A stretch of 64,000 bases of DNA from Promethearchaeota archaeon (GTDB lineage: Archaea > Asgardarchaeota > Lokiarchaeia > Sigyniarchaeales > SOKP01): positions 68,548 through 132,547 of the forward strand of contig JAEOTA010000051.1 in assembly GCA_016840085.1 (NCBI GenBank). Direction: 5' to 3'. This document shows, one piece after another, positions 50,748 to 61,480 of this stretch. Made by a program: the position numbers and the translations under genes. Position 1 is the stretch's first letter. Every line of letters starts with the position of its first letter. Under the pieces are notes generated by a model. That model ran no database searches. It saw nothing but the letters and a program-made list of their open reading frames with translations, and was not told the origin of the DNA.

Positions 50748-52400
50748 TTGAAAAAATCAGAGCTTATTGAAGCAGAAGAAAATATAAATTGTAGGGAATT
50801 AGAAGATGAATTAAATAAATATAAAATTGAAAAATCTGCAATCTTAGAAAGCCTATTAGAGCATCTTGTTTATCAATCTAAAGATAACACAATTATATGG
50901 GTTAATAAAGCTGCAGCGGATTCTGTAAATTCTACGCCAGAACAATTAATTGGACTTAAATGTTATCAAGTTTGGAATAATCGAGAAGAACCTTGTGATG
51001 GTTGTCCCATAGTAAAATCGTTAAAATCTAATAAACCAGAAATTAATCAGATGACTACCCCTGATGGACGAGTATGGCATGTGGCAGGATATCCTATTAG
51101 GGATAAAAATAATAATATCATTGGAGTAGTTGAGGCTACCCTAGATATTACAGAGAAAACAACTGCGGAACAAAATGTAAAAGAACGTAGCGAACAATTA
51201 ACAGTTTTGAATAGAATAATCACACTTGGTAATGAATCCACGAATCTTCAAGAATTTTTAGAGAAATCTTATAATCAAGTTTTGGACTATGTAGTCTTCG
51301 ATAAAGGAGGAATTTATCTTTATGATAATGAGACCAAACATAACATTCTGGTGTATCATAAAAATGTCCATCCTGACTTTATAGCCGCAGTAGAAGATGT
51401 AGATATATCAAAAGGTCTCTTTAAAGAAGTATTTGATAAGAATAACCTCTTATATATAGATGATTTTTCAAAATTTATGGAGGGTTCAAAAGAATTGGGG
51501 GTATATTCCACCGTAATCGTTCCACTTCGTTCAAAAGATGAATATGCAGGAAGCCTTAATATAGGGGCTCCATATCATCAGACTCTCTCTCAAAATGAAT
51601 TAGAGTTATTGGTGGCAATCGGCAAGCAAATAGGAATCACTATTCGGAAATTTGAATCCGAAAAATTACTAAAGGAATCTGAAGAAAAATATCGAAAAGC
51701 TTATTATCAAGCGAACCTCTATAGGGATATTTTTGCTCATGACATAAACAATATACTCCAAAATATCCAATCTTCAGCTGAACTCAGTTCTCTTTATTTA
51801 AATAACCCCGAAAAATTACATACTTTAAAAGAATTATATGAAATTATTAGTGAACAAGTTCAAAGAGGAAGAAAATTAATTACAAACGTCAGAAAAATAA
51901 ATAAAATTGATGAATCTGAAGTTAAGATTGAAAAAATAGAAGTTTTTCGGACGTTAAATAAAGCAATTGAATTTCTCAAGAGTAGTTATCAAGCGAGAAC
52001 TATAGATATTAGCATAAATGCGTCAGAAAAAAAATTTTATGTTCTTGCAAACAATTTTTTAAGAGATGTATTTGAAAACATCTTGATAAATGCTGTAAGA
52101 CACAATAATAAATCCAAAATTGAAATAAGTATAGATATTAAAAATGATCTTCTTAAAAATAAGAATTATATCAAAATGGAATTCAAAGATAATGGGCTTG
52201 GTATTTCTGATTATCGAAAAAAAAGTATTTTTGAGAAAGGAACGAGGAAGGGTCAAAGTAGTGAGGGAATGGGTTTAGGATTATCACTAGTAAAGAAAAT
52301 AATCGATAGCTACCAAGGAAAGATTTGGGTTGATGATAAAGTCAAAGGAGATTATAAACAAGGTTGTAATTTTGTATTATTACTCCCAGAACCTATGTAA
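50748..52400 (+). CDS. PAS-GAF sensor histidine kinase
   Basis: PAS (WVNKAAA, CYQVW..PCDGCP), GAF, AHDINN H-box, N, G1 and G2 boxes (DNGLG, GMGLGL). Confidence 0.92.
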   Translation: MKKSELIEAEENINCRELEDELNKYKIEKSAILESLLEHLVYQSKDNTIIWVNKAAADSVNSTPEQLIGLKCYQVWNNREEPCDGCPIVKSLKSNKPEINQMTTPDGRVWHVAGYPIRDKNNNIIGVVEATLDITEKTTAEQNVKERSEQLTVLNRIITLGNESTNLQEFLEKSYNQVLDYVVFDKGGIYLYDNETKHNILVYHKNVHPDFIAAVEDVDISKGLFKEVFDKNNLLYIDDFSKFMEGSKELGVYSTVIVPLRSKDEYAGSLNIGAPYHQTLSQNELELLVAIGKQIGITIRKFESEKLLKESEEKYRKAYYQANLYRDIFAHDINNILQNIQSSAELSSLYLNNPEKLHTLKELYEIISEQVQRGRKLITNVRKINKIDESEVKIEKIEVFRTLNKAIEFLKSSYQARTIDISINASEKKFYVLANNFLRDVFENILINAVRHNNKSKIEISIDIKNDLLKNKNYIKMEFKDNGLGISDYRKKSIFEKGTRKGQSSEGMGLGLSLVKKIIDSYQGKIWVDDKVKGDYKQGCNFVLLLPEPM

Positions 52401-52539
52401 GGATTATTTTTCTCTTGCTAAATTACGCTTTTTAATCGATTTATTCTAAGTTCATATTGAACGCCTTCTATTTAATGAACTTAGTTTCATTTAAAATATT
52501 AATATAAACTTTAAAAGGGATATAGACAAAAATGAAATT

Positions 52540-54063
52540 ATGGAATCTTATGACTTAGTTGTAATAGGAAGTGGAGCGGGGTTAAATGTTCTAAATGTAG
52601 GCCTTCAAATGGGTATCAAGTGTGCTTTAATTGAAGATACAAAACTTGGTGCAACATGTTTAACTCGAGGCTGTATTCCTTCAAAAGTTTTAGTACATCC
52701 TGCTGATTTAATTCGAGAAGCGCAGCATTCAAGCAAGGTAGGAGTCCAATTTAACATTGAGAAAATTGATTGGGATTTAATATCAAAAAGGATGTGGTCA
52801 CAGATTGATGAGAGTAAACAAATTGAGGAAGGATTATCTCAGATACCTAATCTTACAATATATCGAGGTATTGGAGAATTTATCGGAGAATATGAAATGG
52901 AAGTAAAATCCATTGATGGAACTAAGGTCATTGGAAGATTTAAAGGAGAAAGATTTGTTATAGCGTCAGGGGCGCGTTCCTTAATTCCTCCTATTGAAGG
53001 TTTAGAAGAAACTGGATATATTACTAATAAAAGCTTTTTTGGAGAGAAATTTCCTAAAAAACCCTGGAAAAGTCTAATAATTATTGGAGGAGGTGTAATC
53101 GCAGCAGAATTTGCTCATATCTTTTCAGCATTGGGAACAGAAGTAACAATCATAGAGATGCTTCCTCGCTTAGTAGCAACAGAAGAACCTGAGATTAGTG
53201 AGCTTTTAGAAAAGAATTTTAAGAAATACATGAATGTTTATGTTAATTATAGAGCAATTAAAGTGAAACAGAAAAAGAACATGAAAGTCGTTATTGCCCA
53301 AAATATGAAAAATGGAAAAAAAATCGAGATTACTTCTGAAGAAATACTTTTGGCGGCTGGTCGACGTTCAAACGCTGATTTATTAAAAGTTGAAAAAACG
53401 GGTGTTGAAATGAATGAAAAAGGTTGGATAAAAACAAATGAATATTTAGAAACAACTAAAACAAATATCTGGTGTATTGGTGATGCCAATGGACTTTATC
53501 AATTTCGCCATAAAGCAAATTATGAGTCAGAAATTTGTGCCAATAATATATTTGGTCCTGAAGAAAATCGTAGATCGGTAGAGTATTCTTCTGTTCCATG
53601 GGCAATTTTTACATATCCTCAAATTGGACATGTGGGCTTAACTGAAGCAGAAGCTATTGATAAGGGTCATGAAATTTATGTTGCAAAGAAATATTACTCC
53701 TCCGTTGCAAAGGGATTTGCGATGGGTTACGAAGAGGGTGATGAAGATAATGGATTTTTCAAGATGATTGTTGACAAATCATATAGAATATTGGGTGCTC
53801 ATGTTATTGGTCCTAATGCTGCAATATTAGCCCAACCATTTGTATACTTAATGAATTCCGGTTTTACATGTACCTTACCTGAAGTTTCTGGTGAAAGTGA
53901 TATTACAAAACTAACAAGAGCTTGTCCTGAGGCAGGATCATTCATGCCAATATACCACTCTATGGTTATCCATCCATCTCTTAATGAAGTAACAGGATGG
54001 GCACTTGGCAACTTAAGACCGATAAATATTAAAATGGACCATCATGAACATCATCATGATTAG
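52540..54063 (+). CDS. Pyridine nucleotide-disulfide oxidoreductase (Lpd/mycothione reductase-like)
   Basis: IGSGAG, CLTRGCIPSK, GGGVIAAE, IGD and HPSLNE motifs. Confidence 0.9.
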   Translation: MESYDLVVIGSGAGLNVLNVGLQMGIKCALIEDTKLGATCLTRGCIPSKVLVHPADLIREAQHSSKVGVQFNIEKIDWDLISKRMWSQIDESKQIEEGLSQIPNLTIYRGIGEFIGEYEMEVKSIDGTKVIGRFKGERFVIASGARSLIPPIEGLEETGYITNKSFFGEKFPKKPWKSLIIIGGGVIAAEFAHIFSALGTEVTIIEMLPRLVATEEPEISELLEKNFKKYMNVYVNYRAIKVKQKKNMKVVIAQNMKNGKKIEITSEEILLAAGRRSNADLLKVEKTGVEMNEKGWIKTNEYLETTKTNIWCIGDANGLYQFRHKANYESEICANNIFGPEENRRSVEYSSVPWAIFTYPQIGHVGLTEAEAIDKGHEIYVAKKYYSSVAKGFAMGYEEGDEDNGFFKMIVDKSYRILGAHVIGPNAAILAQPFVYLMNSGFTCTLPEVSGESDITKLTRACPEAGSFMPIYHSMVIHPSLNEVTGWALGNLRPINIKMDHHEHHHD

Positions 54064-54074
54064 AAAAAGTAAAT

Positions 54075-54225
54075 CGAGAAATCTACTAATAGCAACATGG
54101 GATTAGGATTATCTTTTGTAAAAAAAAAGATCTCCATAATGGAAAGCTCTCGGCGGAAGATAAAGTAAAATTTGATCAAAATATTGGGAAATTATTTCGT
54201 ATAATTAATTCCTGAAGCTTTCTGA
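54075..54225 (+). pseudogene. Orphan 3' end of a histidine kinase
   Basis: MGLGLSFVKK / HNGKLSAEDKV / LIPEAF* across frameshifts, matching the C-terminus of 50748-52400. Confidence 0.75.
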
Positions 54226-54316
54226 TTCATATAATTCATTTTTTAAAATAATTAATGGTTCATCAAAATTTTAAAACCATCAATTTTATAGATTTCTAAA
54301 TCAATATTAATATCAG

Positions 54317-56275
54317 ATGGTTTTAAAAAAGAAAAACAATAGTAAAATTGGCAATATCGGACAGATTTTTACTCCAGATTATGTCGCAGAATTCATGGTT
54401 AAGAATATTTTAAAAATTATAGAAAACAATAGTTTAGACATTCAAAACTTAAAAGTATTGGAACCATCTGTAGGAAAAGGTATTTTTTTAAAGTTTCTAT
54501 TACAAAATAATTTTTCAGATATTATTGCTTACGAGATGGATACTAGTTTAAATGAGATTCTTGTGAATTCTTTTCCATCTGTTGAATTTAGATTTGATAA
54601 TTTTTTAGGTTCTGATATAAATGAAAAATTTGATATAATTATTGGAAATCCCCCATATTTAGGTCAGAATTATAATGCTGAAATTTTTCAGGATTATATT
54701 AAGCAATATCCTATATGCGCTAAATATTTTGTAGGAAATATGGACTTATTTTATTTTTTTATTCATTTAGGGATAGAAAAACTAAATCCTGGTGGAATTC
54801 TTTCATTCATCACTACTAATTATTGGATTACAAAATCTAAAAAGACAGGAATAAAATTATTGAAACCGCACATTTTAGATGAATGCTATTTACTTCAATA
54901 TAGCGATCTATCACATTTGAGACTATTTGAAGGAGCAAAAGGACAACATAATTGTATTTTTGTGTTACAGAAAAAAACGGAACAAGAAAAAATTCAAATG
55001 AGAAACAAAGAAATCGAAGTTATCCAATTATTAAGAGATAAGTTTTCTAATCAAACTAATGAATCATTTAATAAGAAAATCTTTAAGGAACTACTTTATA
55101 AAAATGATTCTAGTTTTATTAGAACATACAGATCAGCATTAACCAATAATGAACTTAAACAAGATCACAGCTGGAATTTAATGTATTCCAACGAAATTAA
55201 ACTTATTGTAGATAAAATTGAGGATTTTTGTAAAATCGATGGCAAACTTTCTCTATTAAAAGACTACTTTATTATACGTAATGGTATTATTCTGATAAAT
55301 GACGATATATTTGTTTTAAAAAAGGAAAAACAGGTAAAGGTTGAGAATAACGATTTTTATATACAAGTTAATGGAAAATTCATGAAATTGACTGAAATCG
55401 AAAAAAAGAGGCTTAAAAAGTTATATAAAAGCAAATCAATTAGGCCATATGGATATTCAAACGAAGATTATATAGGATATATAATTTATTTTAATAAAAA
55501 TGAATTTAAGACCAAATCTTCAAATATAAGAATTCAATTATATGAAAAGAAATACCCTACTCTTTTTAAATATTTAAAACAGTTTGAAACAGAACTGCGG
55601 AAGATATTAATCAATGCAAAAGAAAATCCTGAAGATTTTTATTTTCCTAGAAGAGGATCAGTTATTCGGAGCTTTGAGAAATCTACTAAAGAAAATTTAG
55701 TTGATCTCGAGCCCCTCTATGATAATGCCCAAAAAATATTCTTTAAATTTATTTCAAATCAGAATATTTTTGGTTATACTAATGCCCAGTATTATGCTAC
55801 ATCAGATACTTACTTTCTTTGGCCAAAATTTCCAGATAGTAAGATTGATTATTTAATTATTTTAGCTTATCTAAATTCTAAACTCTTGCGTTTTATATAT
55901 AATGCTAAAAATATTTCGATAAAAAGAAGTAAAACCAAATTAGAACAAGGTTTACCCATACCAAATATAAAAAATTTCAGCTCTGAAGAGAAAAAGAATA
56001 TTATAGAATTAATAAAAATACTTACCTCTTATCTAGTAAATAGTCAAATTTCTAATCAAAATAATTATGTAGAAAGAACTGTTCAAAAATTACGCCATTT
56101 GAGATATATATCTTCACAAGAAAATAGTCAATTCCAATCAAGATTTAGTAAAGCAGCAGAAAACCATAATAAAGGCATAATACAAATGATATTAGATACT
56201 TTGTTTTTTCAATTATTTGCTTTAGATGAAAACAAAATAGATTATTTATTAAAAAAATATTATAGGTCTTTGTAA
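54317..56275 (+). CDS. N6-adenine DNA methyltransferase (Eco57I/TaqI-like)
   Basis: GQIFTP, VLEPSVGKGIF motif I, IIGNPPY motif IV, C-terminal LAYLNSKL TRD-like region. Confidence 0.9.
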   Translation: MVLKKKNNSKIGNIGQIFTPDYVAEFMVKNILKIIENNSLDIQNLKVLEPSVGKGIFLKFLLQNNFSDIIAYEMDTSLNEILVNSFPSVEFRFDNFLGSDINEKFDIIIGNPPYLGQNYNAEIFQDYIKQYPICAKYFVGNMDLFYFFIHLGIEKLNPGGILSFITTNYWITKSKKTGIKLLKPHILDECYLLQYSDLSHLRLFEGAKGQHNCIFVLQKKTEQEKIQMRNKEIEVIQLLRDKFSNQTNESFNKKIFKELLYKNDSSFIRTYRSALTNNELKQDHSWNLMYSNEIKLIVDKIEDFCKIDGKLSLLKDYFIIRNGIILINDDIFVLKKEKQVKVENNDFYIQVNGKFMKLTEIEKKRLKKLYKSKSIRPYGYSNEDYIGYIIYFNKNEFKTKSSNIRIQLYEKKYPTLFKYLKQFETELRKILINAKENPEDFYFPRRGSVIRSFEKSTKENLVDLEPLYDNAQKIFFKFISNQNIFGYTNAQYYATSDTYFLWPKFPDSKIDYLIILAYLNSKLLRFIYNAKNISIKRSKTKLEQGLPIPNIKNFSSEEKKNIIELIKILTSYLVNSQISNQNNYVERTVQKLRHLRYISSQENSQFQSRFSKAAENHNKGIIQMILDTLFFQLFALDENKIDYLLKKYYRSL

Positions 56276-56320
56276 TCTCATTTTTCTTATACTTATCAGC
56301 TTAATTTTTAAAATCGATAA

Positions 56321-56376
56321 GTTTTTATAGATCCTTTAGTATATTTTAATTGACGATTGACAATCGAAGATTGACA
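56321..56376 (+). promoter_or_regulatory. TATA box with ATTGAC repeats and a palindrome; candidate heat-shock operator
   Basis: TTTTTATA at 56322-56329; ATTGAC at 56349, 56356 and 56370; palindrome CGATTG-A-CAATCG at 56354-56366. Confidence 0.6.
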
Positions 56377-56403
56377 AAAAACTTAAAATTAAGGTGGTAA
56401 ATT

Positions 56404-57012
56404 TTGAGGGATGATTTTGATGAATTTATTGATGATATTAAGAAATTTTTTAAAATAGATTCAGATATATTTGATGTGGATTTTTTATTTTTACCTGAAT
56501 CTGAAATGTATAAAGGAAAAATATTTAATGATAAAAAAGTTAAAGGATTTAAGATCTCATTTCATTACGAAACAGGAATGGATAAGCCTGAGATAAAAAT
56601 TGAAGGAAATATCGATGATAAAAAACTTCAAGATTATTTAAAAAATATAGATATTAGTAAATATCCAAAATTAAAGGATTTACTTGATATTTCCCATAAG
56701 AAAGAAATTGATGCTGGTGAGCTTTCATTAGAGTTTCATGAACAAAATAAAGATATTGATTTCTTAGAACCATACACAGAAATAATTGATTCTAATGATT
56801 CTTTAGAGATTGTATTTGAAATTCCTGGAATGGATAAAGATAATGTTAATATAAGTTTTAATAATGAAAAAAACGAGCTTATTTTTAATGCTGAAAATAA
56901 AAATCGTAAATATATGAAAAACATACCTTTACCTTTTAAATCTTCAAAAAAAGATGTTCAAATTGAAGTAAATAATGGTATAGCAAATATAAAGCTCAGT
57001 AAACATATATAA
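56404..57012 (+). CDS. Small heat shock protein (Hsp20)
   Basis: EPYTEII...FEIPGMDKDNV...KYMKNIPLP...NNGIANI alpha-crystallin pattern. Confidence 0.85.
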   Translation: MRDDFDEFIDDIKKFFKIDSDIFDVDFLFLPESEMYKGKIFNDKKVKGFKISFHYETGMDKPEIKIEGNIDDKKLQDYLKNIDISKYPKLKDLLDISHKKEIDAGELSLEFHEQNKDIDFLEPYTEIIDSNDSLEIVFEIPGMDKDNVNISFNNEKNELIFNAENKNRKYMKNIPLPFKSSKKDVQIEVNNGIANIKLSKHI

Positions 57013-57045
57013 TTATTATAATTAATAGAAGGTTGATAACTAGAT

Positions 57046-59271
57046 TTGAGTGGTATAACTAGAGAGTATAGAGGAAATGGAAGAAAAGTAAAAATTAAAG
57101 ATGCCTATAAAGGCGATGCTGGAAGAGGTAGAATTAGGATGGATCCTAATGTGATCGAGGAGATGAATCTTAGAACAGGTGATGTTATTGAAATTATTCA
57201 TCCAATAATTGGAAAGAAAACCGCTGCGTTATTATATCCTGGAAAAATAGAAGATACAGGAACTAATACAGTCAGGATAGATTCATCATTAAGGAGGAAT
57301 TTAAGTGCTTCTTTAGATGATATTGTAGAAATAAGAAAGATTGAGGCAAGTTTAGCTGATAGAATTACTTTTGCTGGAGTAGAAGAATCAGTTATATTAA
57401 GAAGGTCGGACCAGTTAGTTAGAATGTTAGAGAATCGTGTTATTACTAAAGAAGATATATTAAGTTTTAATGCTATGGGTCGTAGGATTGATTTTATCGT
57501 AATAGATTATTCACCTAAGGCAGCTGCTGTTAGGATTCATTTAGATACCAAAATTACGATTTCAGAAAAAACCCATAAAGAACTTATAGAATTGGAGGCA
57601 AGGAGAGTAACTTATGAAGATATTGGTGGATTGGAAGAAGAAATCCAAAAAATCCGTGAAATGATTGAATTACCAATTAGACATCCTGAATTGTTTAAAA
57701 GAATAGGAATTGAACCCCCTAAAGGTGTTTTACTTCATGGTCCTCCTGGTACAGGAAAAACACTACTAGCTAGAGCAGTTGCATATGAAACTGAAGCTCA
57801 TTTCATAACAATTAGTGGACCGGAGATTATGAGCAAATTTTATGGTCAAAGTGAAGAAAATCTTAGAAAAGTATTTGAAGAAGCTAAAGAGATGGCTCCT
57901 TCAATAATTTTTATTGATGAATTGGATTCAATCGCACCGAAAAGAGGGGAGGTCACTGGTGAAGTAGAAAGAAGGGTTGTGGCTCAATTACTTTCATTAT
58001 TAGATGGGTTAGAAGGCAGAGGTGAAATTATTGTCATTGGTGCTACAAATCGAGTTAATGATATTGATCCTGCACTGAGACGACCTGGAAGATTTGATCG
58101 TGAAATCGAATTAGGAGTTCCAGACACAGACGGACGATATGAAATTTTATTAATTCATACTCGTGGAATGCCGTTGTACAGCGATGTAAATCTTCGGTTA
58201 ATGGCTGAAAAGACTCATGGATTTGTTGGAGCAGATGTTGAAGCATTAGCAAAAGAATCCGCAATGTTAGCAATAAGAGAAATTTTACCAAAAATAAATT
58301 TAGATAAACCAATTCCTCCAGAAATATTAGGAGATCTTCAAATTAAAATGAAAAATTTTGAAACAGCCTTAAATGGCATTGAACCTTCAGCATTAAGAGA
58401 AGTATTAATTAGTCAACCTACTGAGACTTGGGATGATATCGGTGGTCTGAAAGAAGCTAAACAGCAATTGAAAGAAATTATTGAATGGCCATTAAAGTTT
58501 CCTCAGTTGTACAACCATCTAAACTCGAAACCTCCAAATGGAATTTTACTTTTTGGTCCCCCTGGAACAGGAAAGACTTTATTAGCAAAAGCTTTAGCTC
58601 ATGAAAGTGAGGTTAATTTTATATCAGTTAAAGGACCCGAATTCCTATCAAAATGGGTTGGTGAAAGTGAAAAAGCAGTAAGAGAAACATTTCGAAAAGC
58701 TAGAGCCGCATCTCCTTGTATCATTTTCTTTGATGAAATTGATGCGATAGCAGGAATAAGAGGTAGATTTGCCAGTTCTCAAGTAACGGAACAAGTTGTG
58801 TCGCAATTATTGACAGAAATGGATGGATTAGAAGGATTAAAAGATGTTATTTTACTTGCTGCTACAAATAGATCAGATATGCTTGATCCTGCTTTACTAC
58901 GTTCTGGGAGATTTGGCAGACATATTGAAATTCCTATGCCAGATAAAGATACACGTAAAGAAATATTTAAAATTCATCTTAAAATTAAACCAATAGCTAA
59001 AGATGTAAATATAGCTCAAATGGCACAAGTTCTAGAAGGATATACTGGTGCAGATATCCAGGCAATCTGTGAAGAAGCTACTCTCTTAACAATTCGTAAA
59101 GCTGTTAATGATACAAACATCAATACTCAGGATGCTGACTCCGTTAAAGGTGTAAAAATTTCAAAAGCGGAGTTCGATGAAGCAATTGAAAAAATTTTAA
59201 AATCAGCTGATAAAGCTAAGATATCACATGAAAGATATTCTAAAGAACCTTCAGAAGATTTATACCGTTAG
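57046..59271 (+). CDS. cdc48: Cdc48/VAT AAA+ ATPase
   Basis: N domain, two GPPGTGKT Walker A motifs, DE Walker B motifs, RPGRFD, C-terminal LYR (HbYX). Confidence 0.97.
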   Translation: MSGITREYRGNGRKVKIKDAYKGDAGRGRIRMDPNVIEEMNLRTGDVIEIIHPIIGKKTAALLYPGKIEDTGTNTVRIDSSLRRNLSASLDDIVEIRKIEASLADRITFAGVEESVILRRSDQLVRMLENRVITKEDILSFNAMGRRIDFIVIDYSPKAAAVRIHLDTKITISEKTHKELIELEARRVTYEDIGGLEEEIQKIREMIELPIRHPELFKRIGIEPPKGVLLHGPPGTGKTLLARAVAYETEAHFITISGPEIMSKFYGQSEENLRKVFEEAKEMAPSIIFIDELDSIAPKRGEVTGEVERRVVAQLLSLLDGLEGRGEIIVIGATNRVNDIDPALRRPGRFDREIELGVPDTDGRYEILLIHTRGMPLYSDVNLRLMAEKTHGFVGADVEALAKESAMLAIREILPKINLDKPIPPEILGDLQIKMKNFETALNGIEPSALREVLISQPTETWDDIGGLKEAKQQLKEIIEWPLKFPQLYNHLNSKPPNGILLFGPPGTGKTLLAKALAHESEVNFISVKGPEFLSKWVGESEKAVRETFRKARAASPCIIFFDEIDAIAGIRGRFASSQVTEQVVSQLLTEMDGLEGLKDVILLAATNRSDMLDPALLRSGRFGRHIEIPMPDKDTRKEIFKIHLKIKPIAKDVNIAQMAQVLEGYTGADIQAICEEATLLTIRKAVNDTNINTQDADSVKGVKISKAEFDEAIEKILKSADKAKISHERYSKEPSEDLYR

Positions 59272-59319
59272 AGGGCTTTTACTGTATAAATATGAACAAA
59301 ATAATGAATAAAAAAGGGA

Positions 59320-60114
59320 GTGATTATATTGGAATTAGAAGGACAAGAAGGAAGGAATATATTTCTTAGTTTAGATAATTTACTTGAAATATTAGGAAAT
59401 CCCACAAGAAGAATTATTTTATCAAAATTAGCGAAGATTCCTTTGGGTGCTTCTGAATTAGCAGCTTCATTTGGTAAAAAGATTTCAAGACAAGCTATTC
59501 ACAGCCAGCTCAAGATGCTTTCTGATTCTGGAATAATTGAAAGTTTCGGTGATGATCCAAGAAATATTAAATATCGTCTTAAGAGTAATCTTTCTTTAAG
59601 AATTAATATCACTCCAGATTATTACAATATAAATTATAATATTGTAAAAGTTGATGAAACTCGAGAAAATTTGGAGTTTAAGAATACAGGTTTTGACTTG
59701 GACTATCAAAAACTTAGGACCACAAATAAGAAATTCAGGTTTTTAGGTGAAAAAATAAAAATAATAGAACAAAACCTTAGGAATTTAGAGGAAGAAAGAA
59801 ATGAATTAATACATAGTAAGGAATGTTTCATTGTAGAGTTAAAAAATGTGATGACTGAACAATATGAAGATACTTTTAGTACAAAAGAACAACCAAATTT
59901 GGAAAAAGAAATTTTTTATACTCTTTTCTACGATCCTGTAAAATATTTTAAAAGAATAAATATTGATAAATTACTTGATGATATGTTCTTCTCAGAAATG
60001 GGCCCTATTAGACGAGATCAACATAAAGTTTCTATAAGACATTTATTACGAGACTTATCTAATTTAATGGATTTCTTACGAGAGGACGAGGATGATTGGT
60101 TTTTTGAGATTTAA
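59320..60114 (+). CDS. ArsR-type HTH plus coiled-coil regulator (Phr/HSR1-like heat shock regulator)
   Basis: LEILGNPTRRIILSKL...ISRQAIHSQLKML; lies in the hsp20-cdc48 operon. Confidence 0.8.
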   Translation: MIILELEGQEGRNIFLSLDNLLEILGNPTRRIILSKLAKIPLGASELAASFGKKISRQAIHSQLKMLSDSGIIESFGDDPRNIKYRLKSNLSLRINITPDYYNINYNIVKVDETRENLEFKNTGFDLDYQKLRTTNKKFRFLGEKIKIIEQNLRNLEEERNELIHSKECFIVELKNVMTEQYEDTFSTKEQPNLEKEIFYTLFYDPVKYFKRINIDKLLDDMFFSEMGPIRRDQHKVSIRHLLRDLSNLMDFLREDEDDWFFEI

Positions 60115-60167
60115 TTGCTCATATTTTAATTTTAATATTAAATAATTACCCTATTATCGGACGAATA

Positions 60168-60668
60168 ATGAATCTTCAAGAATTAAAAAATAAAATGCCT
60201 AAGATATTTGAAAAAGTTAAAAAAGACGTAAAGAAAGTGTATGGCCGACATCGAGCAGGTTTAAGTTTAGGAATTGTTGAAATGGGCATGTATCGAGGAG
60301 GGTTTATAGGGGGTATGCATTTCCATCCTGGAACAGATATTGTTATGAACAAAACCCCTTTAGAAATAATCCTTAAAGAACAACCATACGAAATTGTTTG
60401 GGCTTATACATATCATATTCTGTTACATGAATATATTCATTCTTTAGGCGTTATGGATGAACAACAATGCAGAGTCATCACTCTTAAAATTAGCGAAGAG
60501 ATTTTCAAGGAAGCTGATCATCCTACAATAAGCCTAGCTAGGAATGGAATCGGTACTTATTTTCCAAATTTACATTTAATCTATGCTCCTCCCGATCTTC
60601 AACATGAAAAGATTCCAATAGAATATATATATAATTTTGATAGGGAAAGTTATGATTATTATTCATGA
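60168..60668 (+). CDS. Putative zinc metallopeptidase
   Basis: LLHEYIHSLG HExxH motif. Confidence 0.75.
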   Translation: MNLQELKNKMPKIFEKVKKDVKKVYGRHRAGLSLGIVEMGMYRGGFIGGMHFHPGTDIVMNKTPLEIILKEQPYEIVWAYTYHILLHEYIHSLGVMDEQQCRVITLKISEEIFKEADHPTISLARNGIGTYFPNLHLIYAPPDLQHEKIPIEYIYNFDRESYDYYS

Positions 60669-60760
60669 ATACTCCCAAAAGTAAATATAAAAGCAATATA
60701 TAGACATATTCTTATAATTATAGAAGATATTACCCTAATAAGAAAGTAAATTTCGAATTT

Positions 60761-61141
60761 TTAAACATTTAAAGATTTCGAAATATTTGCGCATTCATTA
60801 AGAGTAGTTACTAATTTATTATGAGTAAATGGCTTATCCAAGAATTCTATTGCCCCATAAAGATATACTTTCTCTTTAACTGTTCTATCCGCACTTGCAA
60901 ATATGATTTTTGAATTACTATCAAGTTCTAAAATTTCTTTTAAAGCATCAATACCATTTTTGATTGGCATTCTATAATCTAAAATAATGATGTCTGGTTT
61001 TTCAGAAAAAGATTTGAACATATCTATCGCTTCATTCCCGTTATTTGCAATGCCTATTAATTGAAATCCGGACATCTCTAAAAGTAATTCATACAATCTT
61101 TGAAGATCTCTGTCATCCTCAGCTATAAAAACCTTTGTTAT
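60761..61141 (-). CDS. Stand-alone response regulator receiver; probable ATA start
   Basis: Upstream extension TKVFIAEDD supplies the acidic pocket; DYRMP, SAD and KPF motifs; GGAGG 9 nt before ATA at 61141. Confidence 0.88.
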   Translation of the reverse strand: MTKVFIAEDDRDLQRLYELLLEMSGFQLIGIANNGNEAIDMFKSFSEKPDIIILDYRMPIKNGIDALKEILELDSNSKIIFASADRTVKEKVYLYGAIEFLDKPFTHNKLVTTLNECANISKSLNV

Positions 61142-61480
61142 TGTAGAACGCCTCCAGCATTAGTAATTCATACAAAGCCCCAAGAATAAATTACTAATAC
61201 TATATACTTGATTTGAATATATTCTTATTTTTAATCTAAAATTATACAATTCTGCAAACCATCAACAGAAAAACTCATATTTATGTTTATGTATTTACAA
61301 AACTGTATTTAACTTAGCTACTAAGGATTTTCTTGTCTTAGTTATATATTTTGATTTATTAATAGAAAGTTTATTTTTAATTAGATATTTACAAAATTAG
61401 AGAAAATCATTTTTAATGAGCATTTTTTTAAGTCTTAAAATAAAATTTAATACAACTAATTATAAGGTAGCTGATAAAAA

